A stretch of 64,000 bases of DNA from Candidatus Latescibacterota bacterium. Its GTDB lineage: Bacteria; Latescibacterota; UBA2968; UBA8231. Both the position numbers and the translations under genes were made by a program. Within the stretch, counting starts at the first letter, position 1, and each line of letters opens with the position of its first letter. The stretch lies in assembly GCA_965221775.1 (NCBI GenBank), contig CBDCSU010000006.1, forward strand, positions 1 to 64,000. Direction: 5' to 3'. Below the pieces are notes generated by a model. That model searched no databases, was not told the origin of the DNA, and saw only the letters and a list, made by a program, of their open reading frames with translations. Below, one piece after another: positions 55,301-64,000 of this stretch.

Positions 55301-56740
55301 GCACCCTGGCCGACAGAGACTCGAGGGCCTTCTTCGACCGCCGCTGGTTCGTCCTCTTTCTCGTTCTCCAGGCCGCCCTGGCGGCGGGCAGCCTCTTCCT
55401 CACCTGGCTGCTGCCCGTCTTCGTCATCGGCGCCGTGTGCGCGGCGGCCTATCTCCTCGCTTCGCTGTCGAAACCCTGGCTCATCGTTCCTCTCGTGCTG
55501 CTCACCACCGGCCTCGACAGCACGGGCCGGCTCTTTGCCGAAGCGGGCAAGGTGGGGGGCAGCTTCTACCTGACGGGGTTCCACCTCGCCTTCGCCCTGC
55601 TGATCGTCGCCATGGCGGTGCACATCTGTCTGACGCGGCGTACCCGCTTCCCCGACTTCGAGATCAAGGCACCGCTGATCCTGTTCCTGGGTTGCATCGC
55701 CGTCTCCCTCACCTACTCGCCGAACCAGCCGGAGGCGACGGTCAGCTTCTTCAGACTCTGCGCCCTGGTGCTCTTCACCTACATGATCCAGATCGTCATC
55801 GACTCGAGGCAGACGGTGTCGGTGACCATCTGGTCGATCGTCGTCCTTACCGTGGCCGGGGCGGTCATGGGGACCTATCAGGTCCTGACCGGCCAGTTCC
55901 ACCTGCCCGCCGAGGTCATCACCGCCCTGGGGGGCAACGTGCCCAGGGCGACGGGCACGTTCCACAACCCCAACATCTTCGCCATCTTCATGATGGGCGG
56001 CGTGGCCGCTCCTGGCGGTGTTGCTCAACTTCCGCCAGCCCCTGTGGCAGCGGTCGCTCTTCGGCCTGGCGGTTCTGATCGGCGTCGGGGGACTCCTGGC
56101 CTCCTTCAGCCGCTCCAGCTGGGTGGCGATGGCCGTGGGCGTGATGGTCATGCTCTGGCTGAGCGGAAAGCTCCGCTACTTCTTCATTCTCGTCATCGCG
56201 TCGATCGTCCTGGTTCTGGGGATGAAGGAGTTCGTGCCCTTCGCCCAGTACATCTTCGAGCGCTTCATCTCCATCTTCACCCTCTTCGAGGAGTTCGGCA
56301 CCATCGGCCGCGCCTCCAGCACGGCGCGGATCTACCTCGTCATCGCCTCCCTGGACATGTTCCTCGACCATCCGGTCCTCGGCATCGGCTGGCGGGCCTT
56401 CCCCCACGTCTTTGCCGAGTACGCGCCGCCCGGGTATCCCCACTGGAGCTACGTCAACGAGCCCCACACGGTGGTGACCATGGTCCTGGGCGAGCTGGGC
56501 ATCGTCGGCTTCGCGGCCTTCATGTGGTTCGTCGGGCGGACCTTCTTCCTGAGCCTTCGTCGATTCCGAGAGATGGAGGACCCCTATCTGCGGGCCGTGA
56601 CCATCGGACTGATCTCCACTTTCGCGGCCTTTCAGGTCAACCAGTCCTTCAACGGCGACCTGTCCAACAACATGTTCTGGTTCTACATCGGGATGCTGTT
56701 CGCCGTGCAGCGCATAGAGGCCGCCTCGCGCTCCCCGTGA
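55297..56740 (+). pseudogene. O-antigen ligase/Wzy polymerase family gene with a frameshift at about 56008 (real or sequencing error)
   Basis: Frame 1 gives TMs up to RATGTFHNPNIFA..GVA. Frame 2 continues LLAVLLN...SFSRSSW...STAR..HPVLGIG...PHTVV..LGELGIVG to the TGA at 56740. Confidence 0.85.
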
Positions 56741-57903
56741 AGGTCCTGGTCACCTCCCGTCTCTATCCGAGCTCCCCCCTTCCCACCCGGGGGACCTTCG
56801 TTCACGAGCAGGCGCGCTTCCTCAACACCCACTGCCGGGTCGAGGTCGTCTCTCCCACGCCGTTCTCCCTGCCCCTTCGGGGCCTCGGGCGCCGGGCCGT
56901 CTACGCAAGGATCCCGGGTTCCGAACTTCTTGACGGGCTCGAGATCCGCTATCCCCGCTACCTCTCGCTGCCCCGCCGGCTGCTGTTCTCCCAGGCATGG
57001 CGCTTCTACCTGGCGGCGCTGAAGGGGGCCGTCCGGACTCGGCCCGACCTGATCCACGCGCACCTCGCCTATCCCGACGGTCTGGCCGCCGTGGAGTACG
57101 CCCGCCAACTCGGCTGTCCCGTGGTCATCTCCGTACACGGCCACGACGTGCGGGAGATCCCCGAAGCAAGGGCGAGCTGGCGCGCCCTGGTCGCAAGGGC
57201 CCTCGGTCAGGCGGCAGCGGTGATCGCCAGCAGCGGGGACATTCGGGAACGGGTCCGTGCACTCGGCGTGGAAGACGGACGCATTCGCGCCATCCCCCAG
57301 GGAGTCGATTGCAGGCTCTTCCGGATCGGCAAGCGCGTCGGAGGGGAGGGTGGCTGGCGGGTCCTCTACGTGGGGCGTTACGATCCGCGCAAAGGACTGG
57401 ATGTGCTGCTCGAGGCCATGCACCGGGTCCGGCAGCACCGCGGCGACGTGCGGCTGCAGCTCGTTGGCGCGAGCTCCCTGGGTGGAACCGCTGCCGCCTA
57501 CGGCCGAACCATCGACGACCTGGGCCTGGGCGATTGCGTCGAGTTGGTGGATGAGCAGCCCCACGAGGAGATCCCGCGTTTCATGGCCGAGGCCGATCTC
57601 TTCGCCCTGCCCAGCTACTACGACAGCTTCGGTGTGGTGGTGGCAGAGGCGATGGCCTGCGGCCTTCCGGTGGTGGCCACTCGGTGCGGCGGGCCCGAGG
57701 AACTGGTGGAGGAGGGATCGGGGAGACTTGTGGCCGTAGGCGACGCCGAGGATCTCGCCGCCGGCATCCTTGCGGTCATCGAGGGCTACGGCCGCTATGA
57801 CCGACCGGCCATTCGCCGGCGTGCCGAAGGGCTCTGGGACTACCGCGGGATAGCAGCCCGCATCCACGCGCTCTACGAGGAGATCCTCGAGAGCAACGCC
57901 TAG
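56737..57903 (+). CDS. Glycosyltransferase family 4
   Basis: GTGA overlap. VKVLVTSRLYP, DLIHAH, YVGR..RKG, DSFGVVVAEAMACGLPVV. Confidence 0.9.
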   Translation: MKVLVTSRLYPSSPLPTRGTFVHEQARFLNTHCRVEVVSPTPFSLPLRGLGRRAVYARIPGSELLDGLEIRYPRYLSLPRRLLFSQAWRFYLAALKGAVRTRPDLIHAHLAYPDGLAAVEYARQLGCPVVISVHGHDVREIPEARASWRALVARALGQAAAVIASSGDIRERVRALGVEDGRIRAIPQGVDCRLFRIGKRVGGEGGWRVLYVGRYDPRKGLDVLLEAMHRVRQHRGDVRLQLVGASSLGGTAAAYGRTIDDLGLGDCVELVDEQPHEEIPRFMAEADLFALPSYYDSFGVVVAEAMACGLPVVATRCGGPEELVEEGSGRLVAVGDAEDLAAGILAVIEGYGRYDRPAIRRRAEGLWDYRGIAARIHALYEEILESNA

Positions 57904-57910
57904 GGGCCCC

Positions 57911-59026
57911 TCAGGAGTTGCCGGCCTTCAGGATGGTCTCGTAGAGGCGCACCAGCTTCTCCGCCTGCGAATCCCAGTTGTAGGTGGTTCGCGCCGCCTC
58001 CCGCCCCTTTTGCCCCATGCGCCGCGCCACCTCCGGATTCTCCCACAGGTAGCGCACCGCGGCCGCCGCCTCTTCGGCGTTCTGCGGATCGACGCAGATC
58101 CCGCATTCCGTCTCTTCGACGATCCTGCGCAGGTTGGGGAAGTCCGCGCACAGCACGGGAATACCGAAGGCCATGTACTCGAAGATCTTGGTCAGCTCCT
58201 TGCGCCGGGTGTGCGGGCCGGGGGGGAAGAGAGCCAGACCGGCGGTCCAACTCTCCCGGAGATAGTACGAGACGATGCGCTCGTGGGGCACGTAGCCGCC
58301 CACGCCGTCGAGGTGGAGGCGGCTCCCATCGCCGTGAGCCTGCACTTCGGAGGCCATCTCCGGATCGCAGCGGCCCACGAGGAAGAGCTCGGCATCGGGC
58401 AGGTGCTGCAGGAGCCGCCCGTGGAGGTGCGCCCCTCGGTAGGACTTGACGTTGCCGGTGTAGATGAGGCGCGGGACGTGCCCGCGGGGCCGGGCCGCCA
58501 GCCGGTCCTCGTCGAGACGGGGGAAGCGGACGTAGTTCAGGACCGCCTCACCCCGGGGGAAGCGCTCGGCGTAGTAGCGCTCGGCCAGGACGAGGTGGAA
58601 GTGCCGGCTCGCACCTTCTTCGATCCACCCGAGAGGCCCGGCGAAAGCGGCGCGGAGCCACGGGGGCAGGTACTCCCGTTCCTGGAGCGCGGTGCGGTTG
58701 TCCTCGTGGATGTCGTAGACCACCCGCCTGCCCAGCAGCCGCAGCAGCAGACCGGCGGGAATGAGCTCCGGGTCGTGGAAGTGGTAGAGCTCGGCCGGCG
58801 TCGCCAGGGCCTTGAGGAATGTGCGCGCCACCCCCAGGCTCATGCGGACGAACCGGTTGCCATGGCGCGGCAGGCCGCCGACACGGATGCCCTCCGTCAC
58901 CGTGCCCTCCCCCGGGGCCAGGAGCACCACCTCGTAGCCGGCGTCGGCCAGGCTCCTGCATTCGCGGTGGAAGACGCGGTTGTCGAAACGGTCGTGGACG
59001 GTGGTCAGGTGGACGACTCTGGGCAC
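57911..59026 (-). CDS. Glycosyltransferase family 4
   Basis: GGAGG then GTG 59026. HLTTVH..DNRVF, HFHDPEL, YDIHED, KIFEYMAFGIPV. Confidence 0.9.
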   Translation of the reverse strand: MPRVVHLTTVHDRFDNRVFHRECRSLADAGYEVVLLAPGEGTVTEGIRVGGLPRHGNRFVRMSLGVARTFLKALATPAELYHFHDPELIPAGLLLRLLGRRVVYDIHEDNRTALQEREYLPPWLRAAFAGPLGWIEEGASRHFHLVLAERYYAERFPRGEAVLNYVRFPRLDEDRLAARPRGHVPRLIYTGNVKSYRGAHLHGRLLQHLPDAELFLVGRCDPEMASEVQAHGDGSRLHLDGVGGYVPHERIVSYYLRESWTAGLALFPPGPHTRRKELTKIFEYMAFGIPVLCADFPNLRRIVEETECGICVDPQNAEEAAAAVRYLWENPEVARRMGQKGREAARTTYNWDSQAEKLVRLYETILKAGNS

Positions 59027-59145
59027 ACTGCCTCCCGGACCGGGACAGGCCGCAGGCGACGAGCGGAACCGGACCCTCACGACGGCTGACGAGCCGCCGG
59101 CTCTCCTGCCCGGCAGGCAGGGCCCCGTCCCGGGGCCGTGCCCCT

Positions 59146-60342
59146 CTACGGGCCCGCCGCCGGCCGCTCCTGCCAGTGCTGCCCGACGGCCCGCACGTAC
59201 CCCGCCCCCAGGGTGTAGCAGATGGTGGCGAAGAGGCTGAGAACGCCGGTGATGAGGACGATGAGCAGCCGCTGAGGACGGGCCTTGATCTCGGGCGGCA
59301 CGGGTGGATCGAGGACCTGAACGGTGGACGTCGTGTTGTTGGCCTCGATGAGCGCCTCGGCCTCCTGCTGCAGCAGGAGCTGCAGCAGGGCCTTCTGGAC
59401 CAGCACGTCCTTTTCCAGGGTGGCGAACTCCTGGGCCACGCCCGGGATCTTCCTGAGCGGGAGGAAGAGGTTCTCGTCCAGCTCGAACTGCAGCGTCTTG
59501 TCGCGGAGCAGGTCGTCGGAAGCGCCTTCGAGGCCCTCGCGCAGCACCACCATCCACATCTCCCGCAGCCTGATCTCCTGCTGAAGCTTCTTGACCCTGT
59601 CGTGGTCGGGGTCCAGCCCCGAGAGGATCAGGCCCAGCCGGGCGACCTCCAGCTCCATGGCCTCGGTCTGCATGCCGGCGGCGGCCCCGATCACCGCCCT
59701 GGCCTGGTCCTCGATGGAGATGGCGTTGTACTCCGACTGGAACTCCTCCAGCTTCTTCATCTTCGCCTCGAGCTTGTCGTCCTCCTGCTGGAGGAGGGTC
59801 CCGATGAAGTCGAGACGCTCGGAGGCGGTCTTCTGTGAGATCTGCTTGTTGGTGAGGTCGAGGAGCTCGATGTAGTGAGTGGCCATCTCGGCAGCCCTCT
59901 GTGGATCCTGGTCGAGGACCGCGATTTCGATCGTTCCCTCCTCCGTCTTGTCCACGGTCGTCTTGCTGCCCAGGATCTCGATGGCATCGGTCATGGTCTC
60001 GACTTCGTAGCGATGCAGCAGCCCGAACTTGTCGACCATCTGGCGCCGGATCCTCTGGCTCTTCAGCGTGGCGATGAAGATGTCGGCGGGGGTGCCCTTG
60101 TCGCCCAGACGCAGGGTCGGGATGGGCAGGGCCGAGAGCAGGTCGGAAAAGCCGAATCCCTGCTTCTGCTCCTTGGGGGGAAGGATCTGGGCCCTGGCCT
60201 CGTACTCCACCGGTATCAGGAAGCTGACCGCCCCGGCCAGGATGCAGAGCATCAAGGTTCCACCCAGGATGAGGCGCCTGCCGGCGTAAAGGGCGGCGAG
60301 GAGGTCGAGGAAATCGGCTTCCTTCTGTCTTTCCGTCTCCAT
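59146..60342 (-). CDS. Polysaccharide co-polymerase (Wzz/GumC-like, no kinase domain)
   Basis: N-terminal TM plus YEARAQILPP; coiled coil; VQVLDPPVPPEIKARP plus C-terminal TM. Confidence 0.88.
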   Translation of the reverse strand: METERQKEADFLDLLAALYAGRRLILGGTLMLCILAGAVSFLIPVEYEARAQILPPKEQKQGFGFSDLLSALPIPTLRLGDKGTPADIFIATLKSQRIRRQMVDKFGLLHRYEVETMTDAIEILGSKTTVDKTEEGTIEIAVLDQDPQRAAEMATHYIELLDLTNKQISQKTASERLDFIGTLLQQEDDKLEAKMKKLEEFQSEYNAISIEDQARAVIGAAAGMQTEAMELEVARLGLILSGLDPDHDRVKKLQQEIRLREMWMVVLREGLEGASDDLLRDKTLQFELDENLFLPLRKIPGVAQEFATLEKDVLVQKALLQLLLQQEAEALIEANNTTSTVQVLDPPVPPEIKARPQRLLIVLITGVLSLFATICYTLGAGYVRAVGQHWQERPAAGP

Positions 60343-60368
60343 TTGAGCTGGGCTCCTTGGTTTACCGG

Positions 60369-60438
60369 AGGGACTGCACCAGGACCACCAGGGTCAGGGT
60401 CTCAGGGACTGCACCAGGACCACCAGGGTCAGGGTCTC
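60369..60438. repeat. Perfect 35 bp tandem duplication
   Basis: AGGGACTGCACCAGGACCACCAGGGTCAGGGTCTC at 60369-60403 and 60404-60438. Confidence 0.97.
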
Positions 60439-62169
60439 GGCGATGGTGCGCATCGTCGACTGGGTCGCTTCCCAGAAGTCGACTCGCTCCTTCTGCGGCA
60501 CCCAGATCTCGTCTCCGGGCTCGGCTTCGAGATCGAAGTCCAGCCTCTCCCGGATCCCGGTGCGCGCCCGGATGAGCCGGGCTCCTCCCTTGTCGGCGTC
60601 ATACGAGTAACCGCCGGCCTTCTCCATGTAGTAGCCGACATCGCTCCCGGGCACGAAGTCGATGAGACCGGGCTTCTGCACTTCGCCGCTGACGCTGACC
60701 GTGCGCCGCTGCGGAGGGATGTAGATCACGTCGCCGCTCTCGAGGAAGATGTTCTGCTCCTCGTCATCCTCTCTGAAGAGCCGCTCGAAGTCGACCGAGG
60801 CCCGCCCCTTCTCCTCGCGGCCCTTGGTGCGGAGATAGGCGCGGTCCTCCTTGCTCATGTCGGCCATTCCCGTCACCCTGGCCAGGGTCTGCAGGCGATC
60901 GAGCTCCGGATCGATCTGGGTCCGCATCTTGGTGCGGATCACCTTGGACCCCACGAGGGAAGCCTGGTCCGTCAGGCCCCCGGCCATGGCCACCGCGTCC
61001 TTGATGCGCGAGACCCCGGGCACGACCCGGTAGCGGCCCCGGTAGCGGACCTCGCCCAGGACCATGACCGTGGGCATCAGCTGCCACTGGGCGCGGGCGC
61101 GGATGAAGACCATGTCGTTGGCTTGCAGCTCGACGCCGCGTATGTCGTCGTAGCCGAACCCCGCCTCCCCGGGCTCGTTGCTGCCCAGCAGGATGACCTC
61201 GTCTTCCTCGGTCCCCTCCTTGAAGCGCCACAGCTCGGCCCGGATCAGGGGCGCGTCCAGGCGAATCCCCTTGGCCAGGTTCACCAGGTCCTCCACCGTG
61301 TCCCCCGGCCGGTACTCCTGCTCGCCTTCCTGGTTGACCGCGCCGAAGATGTAGACGGCGGTGTCGCGGTATCTCACGTGGATCACGTCGCCCATGCGCA
61401 CGTAGGGGTTGTGGGCGACGTCGCCGGTGGAGAGGAACATGTCGAGATCGACCGTCTCGGTGGTGCCGTCGCGGTGATGCAGCCGGATCGAGCGCCGGGC
61501 GGTGGACTGCTCGATGATCTGGCGCACGCGGGTGACCTTCTTGCCCCCCACCTCGTCCTGGAAGGTCGTGCCCCGCAGCTCGTCGGTGAACCCTCCCGCC
61601 AGCTCGATCAGGTCCGAGACCCGCGTGGTCGGGTGGATGATGTAGCCGCCCTCGTTGAGCACGGCGCCGGTCACGTAGGCTGTGAAGAACCGCATGCTCG
61701 CCAGGGTCAGGGTGATCTCCACGGCCGGGTACTTGTCCTCCGCCGCCGCGAGGATGCGCCTCTTCGCCTCGGCCAGGGACAGGCCCGACACGTGGAAGGC
61801 GCCCACCGTGGGGACGAGGACGCTGCCCACCGGGTCGACCTGAACCATGTACGAGAGATCGAACTCCCCCCAGATATAGAGCTGCAGCGCGTCCCCGGGA
61901 CCGACGATGTAGGTATCGGGGTCGACCTCCCGGTCCTGGCTGATGCGCAGCTTCTCCACCTCCTCGCCGGTGGGCAGGCGGAGCTTGCCGGAGACCAGGT
62001 CCTGGCCGAGCCCCTGCAGGTCGGCCCCGGGGATCTGCTGCAGTTCGGCCTCTTCCTGCTCCCCCTGGTCGACCATCCGCTGCAGCTCTTCCTCGTCCTG
62101 GGAATGGGCGGGACCCGCCATACCTTGCAGTGTCAGGGCGAGTGCGAGGCCGAGTAACCATGTCAGCAT
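60394..62169 (-). CDS. Polysaccharide export protein with multiple SLBB domains (Wza/KpsD-like, 591 aa)
   Basis: AGGAGG then ATG 62169; signal peptide. YIVGPGD.L, VTGAV..EG, AGG, VSGEVQKPG, PGDEIWVP. Confidence 0.9.
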   Translation of the reverse strand: MLTWLLGLALALTLQGMAGPAHSQDEEELQRMVDQGEQEEAELQQIPGADLQGLGQDLVSGKLRLPTGEEVEKLRISQDREVDPDTYIVGPGDALQLYIWGEFDLSYMVQVDPVGSVLVPTVGAFHVSGLSLAEAKRRILAAAEDKYPAVEITLTLASMRFFTAYVTGAVLNEGGYIIHPTTRVSDLIELAGGFTDELRGTTFQDEVGGKKVTRVRQIIEQSTARRSIRLHHRDGTTETVDLDMFLSTGDVAHNPYVRMGDVIHVRYRDTAVYIFGAVNQEGEQEYRPGDTVEDLVNLAKGIRLDAPLIRAELWRFKEGTEEDEVILLGSNEPGEAGFGYDDIRGVELQANDMVFIRARAQWQLMPTVMVLGEVRYRGRYRVVPGVSRIKDAVAMAGGLTDQASLVGSKVIRTKMRTQIDPELDRLQTLARVTGMADMSKEDRAYLRTKGREEKGRASVDFERLFREDDEEQNIFLESGDVIYIPPQRRTVSVSGEVQKPGLIDFVPGSDVGYYMEKAGGYSYDADKGGARLIRARTGIRERLDFDLEAEPGDEIWVPQKERVDFWEATQSTMRTIAETLTLVVLVQSLRP

Positions 62170-62225
62170 GATTCCTCCTGTCGCCGATTGGCGTAGTGGC
62201 ATTCGCGGGCAGGAACGGTTCCGGC

Positions 62226-63158
62226 TCAGGGCTCGTACGGCGCGCCCGTGCGCCGCAGGGACCTGGTCACCGCCAGCTGCACGGTGATGTAGCCGCCCGG
62301 ATGGGGACGGCCGCGGACGTTCAGATCCCCCGCCGAGTAGCCGGGGCGGGCGTCGGCGATGGTGCCGACGATCAGGTTGGCCTGCTCCACGGTGCAGTCG
62401 TAGCGGTCGGCGATGAGGGCCACCATGTCGATCCAGGCCGCCTTCACCGCCTCCTGCCAGTTGCCCCCCTGGCCGCTGGTGAGCCACTCGTCGCCGTCCT
62501 CGACGTGGCGGCTCTTCTCCACCACCGGGGCGTGGCAGGGAAATCCCGGGGACCGGTCGACCTTGAGGGTGACGGCCGAGTCGATCTCCACGCCCGTGGC
62601 GGTGAGCTCGCCGTCGCCCATGCGGGCGTGCACGTCGGTGAGCAGGAAGAGGCCGCCCTTCTTCTGGGCGCGGATGTGGACGGTGCTTCCGGGCTGGACG
62701 GAGTTGTAGTCCAGGTTGCCGCCGGTATCGATCTCGTACGGGGCCACCGACTCCAGGCGCACGTAGCCGATCATGGGACGGACGGGCACGACGAAGTCGG
62801 GCGGGAAGTGCACCAGCCCGTCGCGCACCGGGGCCACGCAGCGCATGCTGCCCCACAGGGGTCCGCCGTTGCGGTAGAACCCGTAGGGCCCGACCTCAAT
62901 GTCGATGATCTGGAGGGAAAGCCAGTCGCCGGCCTCGATCCCCTCCACGAAGAAGGGGCCGCCCTGGCGGGAGTCGCGTTTCTCGCGGACCTCGAAGACC
63001 GCCCCCGGCCGGAGACTGTCCTGGTTGGCGTAGTCCTGGTCGTGGCCGCCCACCGTCTCGATGACCACCGTCTCTCCGAGCTGAAGCCGGCCGCGTACCT
63101 GGCCGCGCTCCGGGTCGTCGGGACCGGTGTAACAGGGCGTGCGGGTGAATCGTCTCAA
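62226..63158 (-). CDS. Acetamidase/formamidase family protein (TTG start uncertain)
   Basis: GPFFVEGIEAGD.L, PMIG, GGNLD, DVHARMGDGE....GVE. Confidence 0.88.
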   Translation of the reverse strand: MRRFTRTPCYTGPDDPERGQVRGRLQLGETVVIETVGGHDQDYANQDSLRPGAVFEVREKRDSRQGGPFFVEGIEAGDWLSLQIIDIEVGPYGFYRNGGPLWGSMRCVAPVRDGLVHFPPDFVVPVRPMIGYVRLESVAPYEIDTGGNLDYNSVQPGSTVHIRAQKKGGLFLLTDVHARMGDGELTATGVEIDSAVTLKVDRSPGFPCHAPVVEKSRHVEDGDEWLTSGQGGNWQEAVKAAWIDMVALIADRYDCTVEQANLIVGTIADARPGYSAGDLNVRGRPHPGGYITVQLAVTRSLRRTGAPYEP

Positions 63159-63288
63159 GGGGTTCGTGTGGTGGTGGGCCCTCGGGCCTGGACGTGGCGG
63201 GAGGAGGACGGCGCAGGATCCTGCCGCCCCTCGGGCCATGCGAAACTCCGCAGAGACGGCCGTGAAGGCAAGGCGGCGCCCCCTGGCC

Positions 63289-64000
63289 TCACCACGGCAG
63301 GGGCACGTCGAGGTACTCGCTCAGATCCCTGGCCGCCCGCTGCTCGTGCTCTCCGAAGCGGATCCCCTCGCGGCGGTGCAGCTCCATGATCCGTTCCTCC
63401 ACGTGCCCGGGAAGGAGGACCTCGTCGTACCCGGGCAGGGGCGCGTAGTTGTCGCGGATGGCGCGCACGTAGCGGTCGACCTCGGCGTTGAAGGCATCCC
63501 CGGGCAACAGGCTGTCCACGTCGATGGCCAGGACCAGGCCGCCGAGATTGGCCCCCGGCCAGCGCTCGACGACCTCGTCCGCCTCGGGCAGGGTGACCCC
63601 CGCCAGGGCGCCGCCCAGAAGGGTGGCCGCCGCCACCAGACCCATGCTCTTGAAGAACGTGGCCGGCACCCGCTCCAGCAGGTCCTCCACCTTCTTCGGG
63701 CCCTCGCCCGAGACGGCGTGGGCCACCATGTCGAGGACGATGCCGGGCTCGCCGCCGGCGGGGATGGCGAAGGACATGGGGGGCGCCCCGGTCCATCCGG
63801 CGGAGGGCTTGGGGTCCTGGCCCGGCTGGCCGCCGGCGCCGCGGTACCCCTGCACCGAGAAGCCGACGCACCCGGCCTCCATGCACCGGCGCGTGTAGTG
63901 CCCCGCCGACCCGTAGTGGCCGATGCCGCGCACCAGCCCGATGCCGACGCCGGCGGACTTCGCTTTGTCGACGGCCTGGTCCGCGGCCAGCATGGAGGGG
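63289..64000 (-). CDS. Ldh_2 family (malate/L-lactate dehydrogenase type 2) oxidoreductase; 5'-truncated by the window
   Basis: AVDKAK..GVG....GHYGSAGHY, VLDM, LAID, VLLPG..E. Confidence 0.85.
   Translation of the reverse strand, partial: PSMLAADQAVDKAKSAGVGIGLVRGIGHYGSAGHYTRRCMEAGCVGFSVQGYRGAGGQPGQDPKPSAGWTGAPPMSFAIPAGGEPGIVLDMVAHAVSGEGPKKVEDLLERVPATFFKSMGLVAAATLLGGALAGVTLPEADEVVERWPGANLGGLVLAIDVDSLLPGDAFNAEVDRYVRAIRDNYAPLPGYDEVLLPGHVEERIMELHRREGIRFGEHEQRAARDLSEYLDVPLPW

Noticed and set aside
55297-57903. 868 aa ligase-glycosyltransferase fusion ORF
   Set aside because: The middle third is off-frame nonsense. The real ligase C-terminus is in frame 2 and GT4 has its own GTGA-coupled start.
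54032-57903. Apparently weaker codon bias suggesting horizontal transfer of the polysaccharide genes
   Set aside because: Impression only, not quantified; no mobility genes or boundary repeats.
57902-57911. Palindrome AGGGGCCCCT between convergent stops
   Set aside because: Too short and loopless to call a terminator.
60369-60438. 35 bp direct repeat as a CRISPR array or att site
   Set aside because: Two abutting copies with no spacer, derived from coding sequence, and no cas or integrase gene nearby.

Overview
High-GC bacterial DNA, almost fully coding, about 39 genes. I found no rRNA, tRNA, CRISPR array or transposase. The gene repertoire (FlgD/T9SS-type C-terminal domains, ASPIC/CRTAC1 proteins, DUF4159, a DUF6785-like transporter, a WGxIK tail) suggests an FCB-group organism such as Latescibacterota; this is an inference. 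Most of the window (about 6.9-50.4 kb) is a cell-envelope cluster of mostly uncharacterised genes. It holds four paralogous 890-1030 aa secreted proteins with predicted beta-barrel character and a large Asp/Asn-rich Ca-binding-like loop. It also holds four paralogous 695-1016 aa secreted proteins ending in a PNGDxxND FlgD-like domain with a terminal Tyr. Alongside these are a 1082 aa TPR protein, ExbB plus two ExbD with no recognisable TonB, a membrane-anchored DUF4159 protein, a CsgG/FlgT-like protein, two paralogous lipoproteins, a SurA/PrsA-like PPIase and a GT-C+TPR glycosyltransferase. This is my best candidate for an undescribed system: an ExbBD-energised outer-membrane secretion, display or uptake machine with T9SS-like cargo signals. 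The right end is a convergent Wzx/Wzy-type polysaccharide locus, with a frameshift in the Wzy/ligase gene and a 35 bp tandem duplication at the end of the Wza-like gene, followed by acetamidase/formamidase and Ldh_2 genes. All family calls come from reading motifs by eye; no searches were run.
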